Assembly (NCBI GenBank): GCA_000146045.2
Contig: BK006946.2
Span: 256,001 to 320,000, forward strand
Direction: 5' to 3'
Length of the DNA stretch: 64,000 nt
Origin: TPA_inf: Saccharomyces
Taxonomy: Eukaryota
Each line of letters opens with the position of its first letter. Position 1 is the stretch's first letter. A program made the position numbers and the translations under genes. Shown here one piece after another: positions 24,590-35,133 of this stretch. The notes under the pieces were generated by a model. That model saw only the letters and a list, made by a program, of their open reading frames with translations. It was not told the DNA's origin and searched no databases.

Positions 24590-26584
24590 CTAAATTAGAC
24601 CGAAGACGGCACTAATGACACTTAAGACACCAATAAAAGTGTTAGTGTTTAAGTTAGAATAATTCACCAAAGCATTGCCCGCATTTTTCTTATGAGTGGA
24701 AGACCCAGAAGCAGAGGCAGAGGCGGAAGCAGAGGCAGAGGCAGAGGCAGAGGCAGCAGCGGCGGAGGCAGACAAGGAAGCAGAAGAAGAATAATCATCA
24801 TTTCCTACACCTGAGACTGACCTGCTGTCAATAGTACCGTTCCAGCAGTAGTTGGTAAAACACTGGCTGCATTCAGAGGGCAATGTAGCATTCAAGTTTT
24901 GTTGCTTACGTCTGATAATGGCGCAACCAACACAGCCCAAGAAATCAGAATCATCAGTAAAATTACCCATTGTGGCAGCTTCAAACCCATTCTTAATCAT
25001 ACCAAGACGTTCTGAATCGGAGTATGACATCTTAAAAGTACTTTGGTTACCATTAAATGAATGTCTTGAATTTGGAATGTAAACAATTAATGGTGGAATG
25101 TACTCCAAGTCTGTCAAATTTCTTGCATCACAACCAAAAAAGGTTGGCTTTTTGTTCAACCCCAAGTTGACAAATGTGTTCACATCTGGAACATATGGGA
25201 AAGACAAATTGAGACCTTGGCTGCCAAATTGACGCTGATAAGTGTTAACTAATGAAGCACCATCTGGCCAATAGTCGTCAGTATCAGCAGAATTGTCTAA
25301 TGCAAAAATAACATCTAGTTCACGTTCCTTTTGCAACAATGGAACTAAAGGAATATTTTGGTTATCTTCACCACCATCAACCAAAAATAGATATTCTGAT
25401 TCGATAATACTGGAGGTTGCGTTCTTTTGAAGAAAATTAGCTTCCTTGAATGGATTTGGGGCGTAAATTGCAATATCGTCACTATTGTCGGATAAATCTT
25501 CCAGGAAATCGGTGGCTAAGTTAGCAATAAATGAAGGTAAATCGGTAGAATTCAATCTTAGTAAAAATTGGTTAAACAACGTAGATGAAGTGGCTGTTAT
25601 GAAACCAGTGTTATCAAACCCGGCAATGCATTGGCCTTTATTAACTGGTTTACCGTTTGTAACGTTGGTACCTAAATACTTCACATCCGTAAATGCGTTC
25701 AAAGTGGGGTCCCATGAACCCATTTCAAAGGGATTAAATTCGAAAAGAGTGGCATTCAAGTTTATCACGGTGGTACCTGGGTATCTACCGTCTGCAACAG
25801 TGATAGGGAAGGGCATTTCTCCATTCTTGAAGACATCAGCTTCCCTTAAAGTTGACCATGTGTACCCTACACCACCACGGTGTAAGCTTGGCCAAAAATT
25901 GTACGCAAGAGCACGGCCCCAAACATCCGCCAAAGAGATGTTGAAACCGGCGTCTTTTTTATCCTGAACGTCATCTGATATGTCGTCCCATCTACTCCCA
26001 GTCTTAAAGATGTTAATGCCGTCTGGGGTAAGAATTGAATGAGAGATGTCCCAAATTGAGTTAGATTCTGTTGTATTATCCACGATAGCTTGCACAGACG
26101 TCCAGTTGTTCCAAGCCAAAGTACTTGTTAACCAGTTACCACCCGACAGACCTGCCAAGTAAGTTGCACCTTGCAGCAGCCCACCAAGACCATGCTCATT
26201 TGCGCCATCAGTACGATTGTCCATAGCAGCAAGCATACCAGCACCAGACAACATGGCACGGTAACCACCACCAGAACAGGCGACGGCAATCTTAGGCATA
26301 TTGGAAGAGTTGCTACCAAAAAGAGTGGATAGCAAGGAAGTGTCACTGAAATTCGAAGTGGCCCTATTCAAAAAAGAATGCAAAGCCTCCTTGGTGTATG
26401 CATCTCTTTTTTTCAGCCATTCTGTTTCGTTATCTGACAAACCAGATGCTTCTCTGACTAAGTTAATATCATCATCACAGGTTACGTTCGCAGGGACGTA
26501 ACTGTTATTTGGTGACCAAGCGTTAACGTTCTCTGTTAGAGAAGTCAAAACTGCAGCAGAAACCAACAAACTCTGCAACTTCAT
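24590..26584 (-). CDS. PLB1: PLB1; phospholipase B / lysophospholipase, 664 aa
   Basis: It has an N-terminal signal peptide, the same catalytic motifs as PLB2 (CSGGGYRAM), a C-terminal (SA)n tract and a hydrophobic tail. It sits in tandem with PLB2. Confidence 0.9.
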   Translation of the reverse strand: MKLQSLLVSAAVLTSLTENVNAWSPNNSYVPANVTCDDDINLVREASGLSDNETEWLKKRDAYTKEALHSFLNRATSNFSDTSLLSTLFGSNSSNMPKIAVACSGGGYRAMLSGAGMLAAMDNRTDGANEHGLGGLLQGATYLAGLSGGNWLTSTLAWNNWTSVQAIVDNTTESNSIWDISHSILTPDGINIFKTGSRWDDISDDVQDKKDAGFNISLADVWGRALAYNFWPSLHRGGVGYTWSTLREADVFKNGEMPFPITVADGRYPGTTVINLNATLFEFNPFEMGSWDPTLNAFTDVKYLGTNVTNGKPVNKGQCIAGFDNTGFITATSSTLFNQFLLRLNSTDLPSFIANLATDFLEDLSDNSDDIAIYAPNPFKEANFLQKNATSSIIESEYLFLVDGGEDNQNIPLVPLLQKERELDVIFALDNSADTDDYWPDGASLVNTYQRQFGSQGLNLSFPYVPDVNTFVNLGLNKKPTFFGCDARNLTDLEYIPPLIVYIPNSRHSFNGNQSTFKMSYSDSERLGMIKNGFEAATMGNFTDDSDFLGCVGCAIIRRKQQNLNATLPSECSQCFTNYCWNGTIDSRSVSGVGNDDYSSSASLSASAAAASASASASASASASASGSSTHKKNAGNALVNYSNLNTNTFIGVLSVISAVFGLI
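24706..24775. repeat. (GCAGAG)n-type hexamer microsatellite inside PLB1, encoding a (Ser-Ala)n tract on the minus strand
   Basis: Roughly ten tandem gcagag/gcggag/gcagca units occur at about 24706-24775. The PLB1 protein shows [25 protein letters not shown] at this point. Confidence 0.8.
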
Positions 26585-27080
26585 GGTTTTGTTTTATTTT
26601 CTTTCCCGTTTGCCCTTAGGATGGATAGCTTCGTGTAATTTACGTTATATGAACGAAAAAAGAGAGAAATGTTAAGAAAAGAACGAAGAATTGATTAGTT
26701 AGTATAACCTAATAAATGTAGAACCTTACAGCGAAGAGACGTTTCCGTTGGTTAAATGTGGTGGAAGCGTCTTTATATATTAGATGATGTAGTTTACCTA
26801 AGCAGTTAGAAGAAAATAAAGTAACCAAGTCATCTTCTAAGCAAAAATAGGAGACGTAAATGAATGTTGCTTAACTGAGAAAAATATGCGGGAATAAGCG
26901 GACATGTTACTGTATGAGGTTATTTCCCTTTATAGATAAGGGCGTAAACCGCATATAATGAGGAAAGGCGAAGTTAGAAACGGACTTTTTAGGTCGCTTT
27001 GAAGAAGTCCGTGCAGGAAACCCATGCGTCCACTTATTTTAGCACTATGTGGCATGAGAAAGCTTTGGAAGGAATAAACG

Positions 27081-27548
27081 TTAGGACCCCACTGCGCCGC
27101 TTTTACGCAGGGCAATTTCGGGGACAAAGGGGGCTGAAGGAATACAATTCCGATCCAAGGCAACAAGTAGGTCAGAACCCTTTATTAACCTGCGCTTGTT
27201 AGTGGCTTCCTTTGTACTCTGTCCGTAATCCAGCATAGCGCTGAATTGCTGAAAGATATGGGTAGCGGTCAGATGAGAAGGGCAATCGTCAGGACTTCTG
27301 TTGAAAAGCGGACTAAACATAGGCATTATCATTCTTAGAGTTTTACGAGCAAATAGAATCGAGTGACTTCCGTCGTTGCTAACAGGCGCAGTAATAATAA
27401 CCGCGGACGAAAGCCACGCAGGCAAAGAATGCTTTCGCTGAAATATCGGAGTCTTGCTATTGTTCAGGGCTTTGCCGGTGCGTAAATAATAGGCTGAAGC
27501 GAATTTGATTTCCCGCACAAAAAATTTTTGCTCGAGTAAGTCATACAT
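27081..27548 (-). CDS. Hypothetical 155-aa ORF in a GC-richer island between PLB1 and ADI1 (possibly the small annotated ORF YMR008C-A); function unknown
   Basis: It is the longest ORF in a 1.5-kb divergent intergenic region. Local GC content is higher than the surrounding promoter DNA. I recognise no domain, so this could equally be a non-coding transcript. Confidence 0.3.
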   Translation of the reverse strand: MYDLLEQKFFVREIKFASAYYLRTGKALNNSKTPIFQRKHSLPAWLSSAVIITAPVSNDGSHSILFARKTLRMIMPMFSPLFNRSPDDCPSHLTATHIFQQFSAMLDYGQSTKEATNKRRLIKGSDLLVALDRNCIPSAPFVPEIALRKSGAVGS

Positions 27549-28101
27549 ATATCTTGCATGCGTAAAAAAAATTGCAATTGCTGAAGATTGAACGACCGCC
27601 CACCGGTATTTTCATCTCTTCTAGATCAAGACTAACTGCTCGTTCAGTACAAGTATTTTACGATAGTCCATATTACTCTTCAATTAATATTTTTTTTTTA
27701 TATTCTGGCCCGTTTTTGACACAATTTTTTCCTTCTCTTTTTCTCCCTATAAACTATGCAGAAGTAGCGATAATCACGATCTTGTTAATGATTCACATGT
27801 GCGCAAGTCGTATTGTCTGTCTAGATAGTGAGATGCCTTCTAAATAACAGGAGAGAGGCAAGATAGCATAACGGCGCAATGAAGGTAATTTCTGCCAGTT
27901 TTCTTTGCATTGACGACTGAAAGGGCCCTTGTAAGAGCCGCTCGACAGGGCGACGCCACAGTAGAGTCGCTAACACCGAAATATGCATATTGAAAAACAT
28001 CAAAGTATAAAAGAACAAAGAGGGTGGCATCTGCAGATCAAAAAAAACAATAACCACCAAACAAGACACTAAAAAAGGTCGTAAAAAGGTCAAAAGTTAG
28101 A

Positions 28102-28641
28102 ATGGTTAAGGTATATATTCATGACAACAAGGTTGACTCCGATTATCGCGCACCCCACAATTCTGGAACAGAACTTTCCCTGGATGAATTAGCCAAGTTA
28201 GGAGTGATTTATAAATACTGTGCAAATGAGGAAGAAGTGAATGAAATTGCTAGGCAAAGAGAATATAAAAATAGAGATGTGGTCAACATCTGCGAAGGTT
28301 CCTTCAAAAGTGAAGCAGAGTTTAATGAAAAACTAGCAACATTCTACCAAGAGCATTTACATGAAGACGAAGAAATAAGATACTGTCTCGAGGGTGCTGG
28401 ATACTTTGACGTCAGGGATGCTTCCACACCAGAGAACTGGATTAGGTGTTTGGTAGAGTCAGGTGATTTACTGATTCTTCCACCAGGCATCTATCATCGT
28501 TTCACCTTGACAACTAGCAACCACATCAAGGCCTTGAGACTGTTTAAGGACGAGCCCAAATGGCAAGCTATCAACAGGTCAAATCAGGCTGATTCATTGC
28601 CTGTACGCAAGGACTACATTGCCCTGATCAATCAGTACTAA
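28102..28641 (+). CDS. ADI1: ADI1; acireductone dioxygenase (methionine salvage), cupin fold, 179 aa
   Basis: ARD-family cupin motifs are present (HLHEDEEIRYCLEGAGYFDV, LILPPGIYHRF). Confidence 0.9.
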   Translation: MVKVYIHDNKVDSDYRAPHNSGTELSLDELAKLGVIYKYCANEEEVNEIARQREYKNRDVVNICEGSFKSEAEFNEKLATFYQEHLHEDEEIRYCLEGAGYFDVRDASTPENWIRCLVESGDLLILPPGIYHRFTLTTSNHIKALRLFKDEPKWQAINRSNQADSLPVRKDYIALINQY

Positions 28642-29099
28642 ATACTGCATCATAATACATTATTCTTAATGTCTTACTTCTTTATATCTTTAAAGTAGCG
28701 TAGGGTGACTTCCCCGTCAAGAATGATTTTTAGTCTGTGAAATAGGAAAAGAAAAAAACACCAAAAGTGGAAAAAGAAACACCGGAAGTTTGAACGATTT
28801 TCGTATTATTTTTATATTTAGATGTTGGTCAAGTATTCATCTTTTCCTCCATTTATTTGCATACTTCTTCCATGGAGAATAGTGAAAAGTATAGGCCATA
28901 GTCGTAATATCAAAAAGCAAAGCCTTATCACTATTTATAAACATCAACAATCCTGAAAGCCAAAAACGATACGACATTTGATATTTTGATTTGGTTTCAG
29001 CGCCCTATTTTTTTTATAAAAACTATACGCATACTGTTGCATTCCTTTCTTTATAAAATTCAATAAAAAATTAATACTTTCCACAGATAAAGCTAGAGA

Positions 29100-30317
29100 A
29101 TGTCAACAACAGGTCCGTTAGATGCTACTTTAATAAGGGACGTTGCGGTTGCTACTGCCACCAAAGCATCATACGATATGAGCGATACTCTATATTCATA
29201 TCTACCCAAGGTCGACCAATTTTATATTCCTGAATGGCTTACAATGCAATTCATTGCCAACAATTTGATCAGCTTTACCCCCCTATTTTCATATGGTACC
29301 ACGATCATTAGCATTGAGAAATGCAAGACTGCTTTAGGGTTTTCAATAGATATTTGTGCCACAATGTTGATCGCTAGTATCCTAAGAATATCTTACTATC
29401 TCATTACACCGTATGAAATCACTTTGTTGAGGCAGTCATTAGTGATGATTTTTATTCAACTGATCTTGCTGAGAACAAGCTTAAAATATAGACCTGATGA
29501 GTACAAATACCAAAATCTCACCGATGTAGAGTCATTGTCACATTTGATTCACGACATATGGTTCGAGTTTTTTAGCTGCATTAATAGACCGAAATTTTTA
29601 AGTGAAGATTGGAAGAATCTGATCAAATCTCTTTCGTTCACAAATTTACTGAAATTTTCATTCAAAATTTTTTTGGCATTTTTTTATAAAATTTTGAAAT
29701 TCTTTGACCCAAATTTCAAAAGAATTGGAGCGTTTTGGCAGTGGGATGACGACAAAAATTTCTGGAGGTTTTTAGCTCTTTTTGCAACTGTACAAATATT
29801 GGTCACATTTTTCATCTCTAATATTTTAAATTGGGACTCACTAGCTCAAGGACTGGGCTCTATCATAGGGTCGTTGGGTTTATTGGTGGAGTCGCTTTTG
29901 CCGTTACCACAAATCGCCATTCTTTATAAATTGAAGTCTGTTCAAGGTTTCAAATTGATCCTTTTGGTAAGCTGGCTTTGTGGTGATACACTGAAAATCA
30001 CTTACCTGATATTTGGTGCGAAAAATATTTCTGCTTTGTTTGTTATTTTTGCATTATTTCAAATGTCATTAGACTTTTACATCGGTGGTCAATACATTTA
30101 CTACAGATACTATTATCCAAAGTTAAGGCATCAACATCACCCTAATGACAGTAATTCGCCATCAGATGAAGATGAAAGCGAAATGTACGAATTAGATCTT
30201 TTTAATACCTTACAAAAGGATGTCGAAAAGGCCTTGAAACAGGATAGTAATGATACGTCAGATTCACCTCAAGATGACCAAGTGGGTAAATCTCAGGCAC
30301 AGGCGGTAACGCTATAG
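29100..30317 (+). CDS. ANY1: ANY1 (YMR010W); PQ-loop polytopic membrane protein, 405 aa
   Basis: Multiple predicted transmembrane segments with PQ-loop-like motifs (LPQIAILYK). Position between ADI1 and HXT2. Confidence 0.78.
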   Translation: MSTTGPLDATLIRDVAVATATKASYDMSDTLYSYLPKVDQFYIPEWLTMQFIANNLISFTPLFSYGTTIISIEKCKTALGFSIDICATMLIASILRISYYLITPYEITLLRQSLVMIFIQLILLRTSLKYRPDEYKYQNLTDVESLSHLIHDIWFEFFSCINRPKFLSEDWKNLIKSLSFTNLLKFSFKIFLAFFYKILKFFDPNFKRIGAFWQWDDDKNFWRFLALFATVQILVTFFISNILNWDSLAQGLGSIIGSLGLLVESLLPLPQIAILYKLKSVQGFKLILLVSWLCGDTLKITYLIFGAKNISALFVIFALFQMSLDFYIGGQYIYYRYYYPKLRHQHHPNDSNSPSDEDESEMYELDLFNTLQKDVEKALKQDSNDTSDSPQDDQVGKSQAQAVTL

Positions 30318-31574
30318 AAATTTTCAGGTTTGCAAATAAAAAAAGTTGATAGAGAGGTTTTTTTATATTTTAGATATATGCATTCATAATTCGATATATA
30401 CATGCATGCATATCTCGAGTACAATATTACCATTGTTGTAATTACTTGTTAAATATCGCCTCTTCTATTCATGTTTGAAAGGAAAAGAATGGTGTGGTTA
30501 CACCTCGGGGAAGATATTTTCACGGGCATATGGAACTAATAAATTGAACGTCACGGTAATACTACATAATACAGTATTGGCTAAACAAAATGTGCCTGAC
30601 GATATCAAAGTTTCTGTAGTGATATTCATTCCTGGTTTGCAGGCATGAAAAGATTAATATTGTCATTGAGCAATGTTCAATTATTGCCTTTTATTTAATA
30701 ACATTCTACAACCTCTGTATATAATACATATAATTCCATTTGTATCCACAATTCTCTTCATGTTGAGATATATATCTTGAGGGGTATTCGTATCGCTTGT
30801 ATACAATGATAATCGAGGTAAAACTCATGTACAGTAGTGCGGCATATTTTTCTTATTTAGTTTTTGTAGGCGGCATAGTATTACTTGCAGATTTTTTTAA
30901 AGTCCCTGAGCCCCAAAGTTCCAAAGCAACAAAAAAACATAAATCCTTTGCAGGAAAAGTAACATTTGGCAAAATTTCAACAAATTATGCCCCCCGAATT
31001 TAGCAGTGATCAATGTTAATTTGCCTACATGCTGATGCAGAGTTGTAGAAACAAAGAATTTTACCCTGTATGAAAAATTTTCTACCGATGTAATACAAAA
31101 ATGAATCATCAAAATTTTATGACGTAGGAAAAGACAGAGAAACTTTCTATTTCTTTTCTGGAGTAAAAAATTAATTATCTATTTTACTTAAACGAAGATA
31201 GGGTTTCGTAATCACGAAAGAACAAGCAAAATTCTAGTTGACAGGTCAGTTAAGGCACAGAAAAAGAAATATTATTCATTACTATCAAGATACCGTAGAA
31301 AAGAAAAAGAACCGGGGATGAATAATAACAAAACGGGCTGCTTTTTCTTTTTCTCTTTCTTTTTCATTTGGTCCCTCTCCACTCTTTCTCCACGTGGCTT
31401 TGCTTTCCCCGTATTTTTCTTCGTCAGAGAGACTACATGATAGTCCAAAGAAAAGAAACGGGGGGACGAAGAAGAGGAGAGGAAAAACCAAAATATAATT
31501 TTCCGTGAAATAGATTCTTTTTCTCCACTGCACGACTTCTTCTCCTCCCACAAAAAATGACGCCTCATAGACAG

Positions 31575-31580
31575 CCCCGC
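31575..31580 (-). promoter_or_regulatory. Mig1-type GC box (GCGGGG on minus strand) about 500 bp upstream of HXT2
   Basis: The plus strand reads CCCCGC at 31575-31580. HXT2 is known to be glucose-repressed through Mig1 sites in its promoter. Confidence 0.5.
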
Positions 31581-31648
31581 AGCTTCACTTTTAAGTTTCT
31601 TTTTCTCCTCACGGCGCAACCGCTAACTTAAGCTAATCCTTATGAATC

Positions 31649-31663
31649 CGGAGAAAAGCGGGG
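31649..31663 (+). promoter_or_regulatory. Adjacent Rgt1 (CGGAGAA, 31649-31655) and Mig1 (A-rich + GCGGGG, 31658-31663) motifs about 420 bp upstream of HXT2
   Basis: The sequence aatCCGGAGAAAAGCGGGGtc matches the CGGANNA Rgt1 consensus, and the A-rich flank followed by GCGGGG matches the Mig1 consensus. Confidence 0.55.
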
Positions 31664-32078
31664 TCTTTTAACTCAATAAAATTTTCCGAAATCCTTTTTC
31701 CTACGCGTTTTCTTCGGGAACTAGATAGGTGGCTCTTCCACCTGTTTTTCCATCATTTTAGTTTTTCGCAAGCCATGCGTGCCTTTTCGTTTTTGCGATG
31801 GCGAAGCAGGGCTGGAAAAATTAACGGTACGCCGCCTAACGATAGTAATAGGCCACGCAACTGGCGTGGACGACAACAATAAGTCGCCCATTTTTTATGT
31901 TTTCAAAACCTAGCAACCCCCACCAAACTTGTCATCGTTCCCGGATTCACAAATGATATAAAAAGCGATTACAATTCTACATTCTAACCAGATTTGAGAT
32001 TTCCTCTTTCTCAATTCCTCTTATATTAGATTATAAGAACAACAAATTAAATTACAAAAAGACTTATAAAGCAACATA

Positions 32079-33704
32079 ATGTCTGAATTCGCTACTAGCC
32101 GCGTTGAAAGTGGCTCTCAACAAACTTCTATCCACTCTACTCCGATAGTGCAGAAATTAGAGACGGATGAATCTCCTATTCAAACCAAATCTGAATACAC
32201 TAACGCTGAACTCCCAGCAAAGCCAATCGCCGCATATTGGACTGTTATCTGTTTATGTCTAATGATTGCATTTGGTGGGTTTGTCTTTGGTTGGGATACT
32301 GGTACCATCTCTGGTTTTGTTAATCAAACCGATTTCAAAAGAAGATTTGGTCAAATGAAATCTGATGGTACCTATTATCTTTCGGACGTCCGGACTGGTT
32401 TGATCGTTGGTATCTTCAATATTGGTTGTGCCTTTGGTGGGTTAACCTTAGGACGTCTGGGTGATATGTATGGACGTAGAATTGGTTTGATGTGCGTCGT
32501 TCTGGTATACATCGTTGGTATTGTGATTCAAATTGCTTCTAGTGACAAATGGTACCAATATTTCATTGGTAGAATTATCTCTGGTATGGGTGTCGGTGGT
32601 ATTGCTGTCCTATCTCCAACTTTGATTTCCGAAACAGCACCAAAACACATTAGAGGTACCTGTGTTTCTTTCTATCAGTTAATGATCACTCTAGGTATTT
32701 TCTTAGGTTACTGTACCAACTATGGTACTAAAGACTACTCCAATTCAGTTCAATGGAGAGTGCCTTTGGGTTTGAACTTTGCCTTCGCTATTTTCATGAT
32801 CGCTGGTATGCTAATGGTTCCAGAATCTCCAAGATTCTTAGTCGAAAAAGGCAGATACGAAGACGCTAAACGTTCTTTGGCAAAATCTAACAAAGTCACC
32901 ATTGAAGATCCAAGTATTGTTGCTGAAATGGATACAATTATGGCCAACGTTGAAACTGAAAGATTAGCCGGTAACGCTTCTTGGGGTGAGTTATTCTCCA
33001 ACAAAGGTGCTATTTTACCTCGTGTGATTATGGGTATTATGATTCAATCCTTACAACAATTAACTGGTAACAATTACTTCTTCTATTATGGTACTACTAT
33101 TTTCAACGCCGTCGGTATGAAAGATTCTTTCCAAACTTCCATCGTTTTAGGTATAGTCAACTTCGCATCCACTTTCGTGGCCTTATACACTGTTGATAAA
33201 TTTGGTCGTCGTAAGTGTCTATTGGGTGGTTCTGCTTCCATGGCCATTTGTTTTGTTATCTTCTCTACTGTCGGTGTCACAAGCTTATATCCAAATGGTA
33301 AAGATCAACCATCTTCCAAGGCTGCCGGTAACGTCATGATTGTCTTTACCTGTTTATTCATTTTCTTCTTCGCTATTAGTTGGGCCCCAATTGCCTACGT
33401 TATTGTTGCCGAATCCTATCCTTTGCGTGTCAAAAATCGTGCTATGGCTATTGCTGTTGGTGCCAACTGGATTTGGGGTTTCTTGATTGGTTTCTTCACT
33501 CCCTTCATTACAAGTGCAATTGGATTTTCATACGGGTATGTCTTCATGGGCTGTTTGGTATTTTCATTCTTCTACGTGTTTTTCTTTGTCTGTGAAACCA
33601 AGGGCTTAACATTAGAGGAAGTTAATGAAATGTATGTTGAAGGTGTCAAACCATGGAAATCTGGTAGCTGGATCTCAAAAGAAAAAAGAGTTTCCGAGGA
33701 ATAA
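32079..33704 (+). CDS. HXT2: HXT2; high-affinity hexose transporter (MFS sugar porter), 541 aa
   Basis: It has 12 predicted transmembrane segments and sugar-porter signatures ([28 protein letters not shown]). Confidence 0.93.
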
Positions 33705-34800
33705 GAGATTATACTTAAACTAGCACTGATTTTTTTAAGGCTAATGGCTACTAATACTTTAATAGATGATCTTCATACTTTTTTATTTAACGATTTTTAA
33801 TGATGTTTTTATTTGTACCACTCATTTATCTAGATTTTTTTAATACTGATCAAATCTTACGGACTCGACGTTAAAAAGTTCCTACATACGTCTGGTACTT
33901 GAAACGCTGCTTCGAGGTATTGACACTATAAGAATACGATCCAAATACTTACACCGCATGTAAAAATATGCCGACAATATGAATACTTGTTGATGAATGA
34001 TATTTGATTTTAATCCGGCAATTTACCTCCTTTATATAATCCAATAATTGTTGATAATTAGTGGTTAGGTTGCAGTACTAATAAGAATTAAGACAAATAT
34101 TCTTCTACTATATAAAAGGTGCAAACAAAACACACGCCGATCGGCCATACTAAACAAGACCAACATAATAATGGTGGAACCATTTACTGTATTTTCAATG
34201 TAACGACTCATATCCTTATACATGAGACGTCAAGTTTCTCGTTGAAGTAATAATGAATCTTTAACTTTACTGTGCCACATATCACGTAATCATATATTGT
34301 TTTTCGCCTTCAAGCATCAATGGCGTATTGTGGCTGATTACTTCATATGATCACTAATTAACTAATTATGAAAAATAATAAATAAGTCACCAACCAAGCA
34401 AGGAAATTAGCTTCAAGTAAACAGTTGGTTCTTTCTGGCGAGTTAGAACAAAATTAAACAATAATCTATCGACTAGCATTCATATCACCAATATATCGTC
34501 ATATACAGCGAAATGATTGCATTTACTGGATTGAATGGATACACTTTGAAGATGAACCTTTATCATAGTTGAAATGGGATAGCTGAGAAACTTGTGCATG
34601 ATTTGATGATTGTTTGGGTTCAACCGTTGGGGATAAGGACTATAATATTAGGTACACAGAAATTCCAAATATATAAGTAGCAGTGCTTTATGAAACTATA
34701 ATGTCAGAGTAGTTATGTAAAAATAGAACAATTGATATGATCGTTTCTTTAATAACTCGATAAGGAGTTCTCTACGAAAAATATCAACAGTGAAATATAA

Positions 34801-34872
34801 TCCGATATAGTGTAACGGCTATCACATCACGCTTTCACCGTGGAGACCGGGGTTCGACTCCCCGTAGCGGAG
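34801..34872 (+). tRNA. tE(UUC)M: tRNA-Glu (anticodon UUC), 72 nt; carries an A5-G68 acceptor-stem mismatch
   Basis: Sequence TCCGATATAGTGTAACGGCTATCACATCACGCTTTCACCGTGGAGACCGGGGTTCGACTCCCCGTAGCGGAG, with anticodon loop CTTTCAC and T-arm GGTTCGACTCC. It lies 262 bp upstream of CLU1. Confidence 0.92.
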
Positions 34873-35133
34873 TTTTCTTTTTGAAGAAATTTGAAAATTT
34901 TTTTCTTCACGTCGACCAAGGTTTTTTCCGGTCAAACATGGCCAATAAAACGGATACCATTTCTTGGAAATTATACGCTTCGAAGTATTCTCAAAAAAGG
35001 AAATTGTCTGCAGTGAAGATTGGATATAAGGTTCACTAAACACAGAGTAGTAATTGAGCTGTAATTTGTTTACAGAACGAATCAAATCAGCGTAGTGTTA
35101 CAGTTTATCTGAGACTGCATATCTTTAATCTCT

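Noticed and set aside
31272-31619. Two overlapping minus-strand ORFs (115 and 88 aa) in the HXT2 promoter.
   Set aside because: They are translations of homopurine/homopyrimidine tracts (poly-K/E/F/S). This is a compositional artefact of the regulatory region, not coding sequence.
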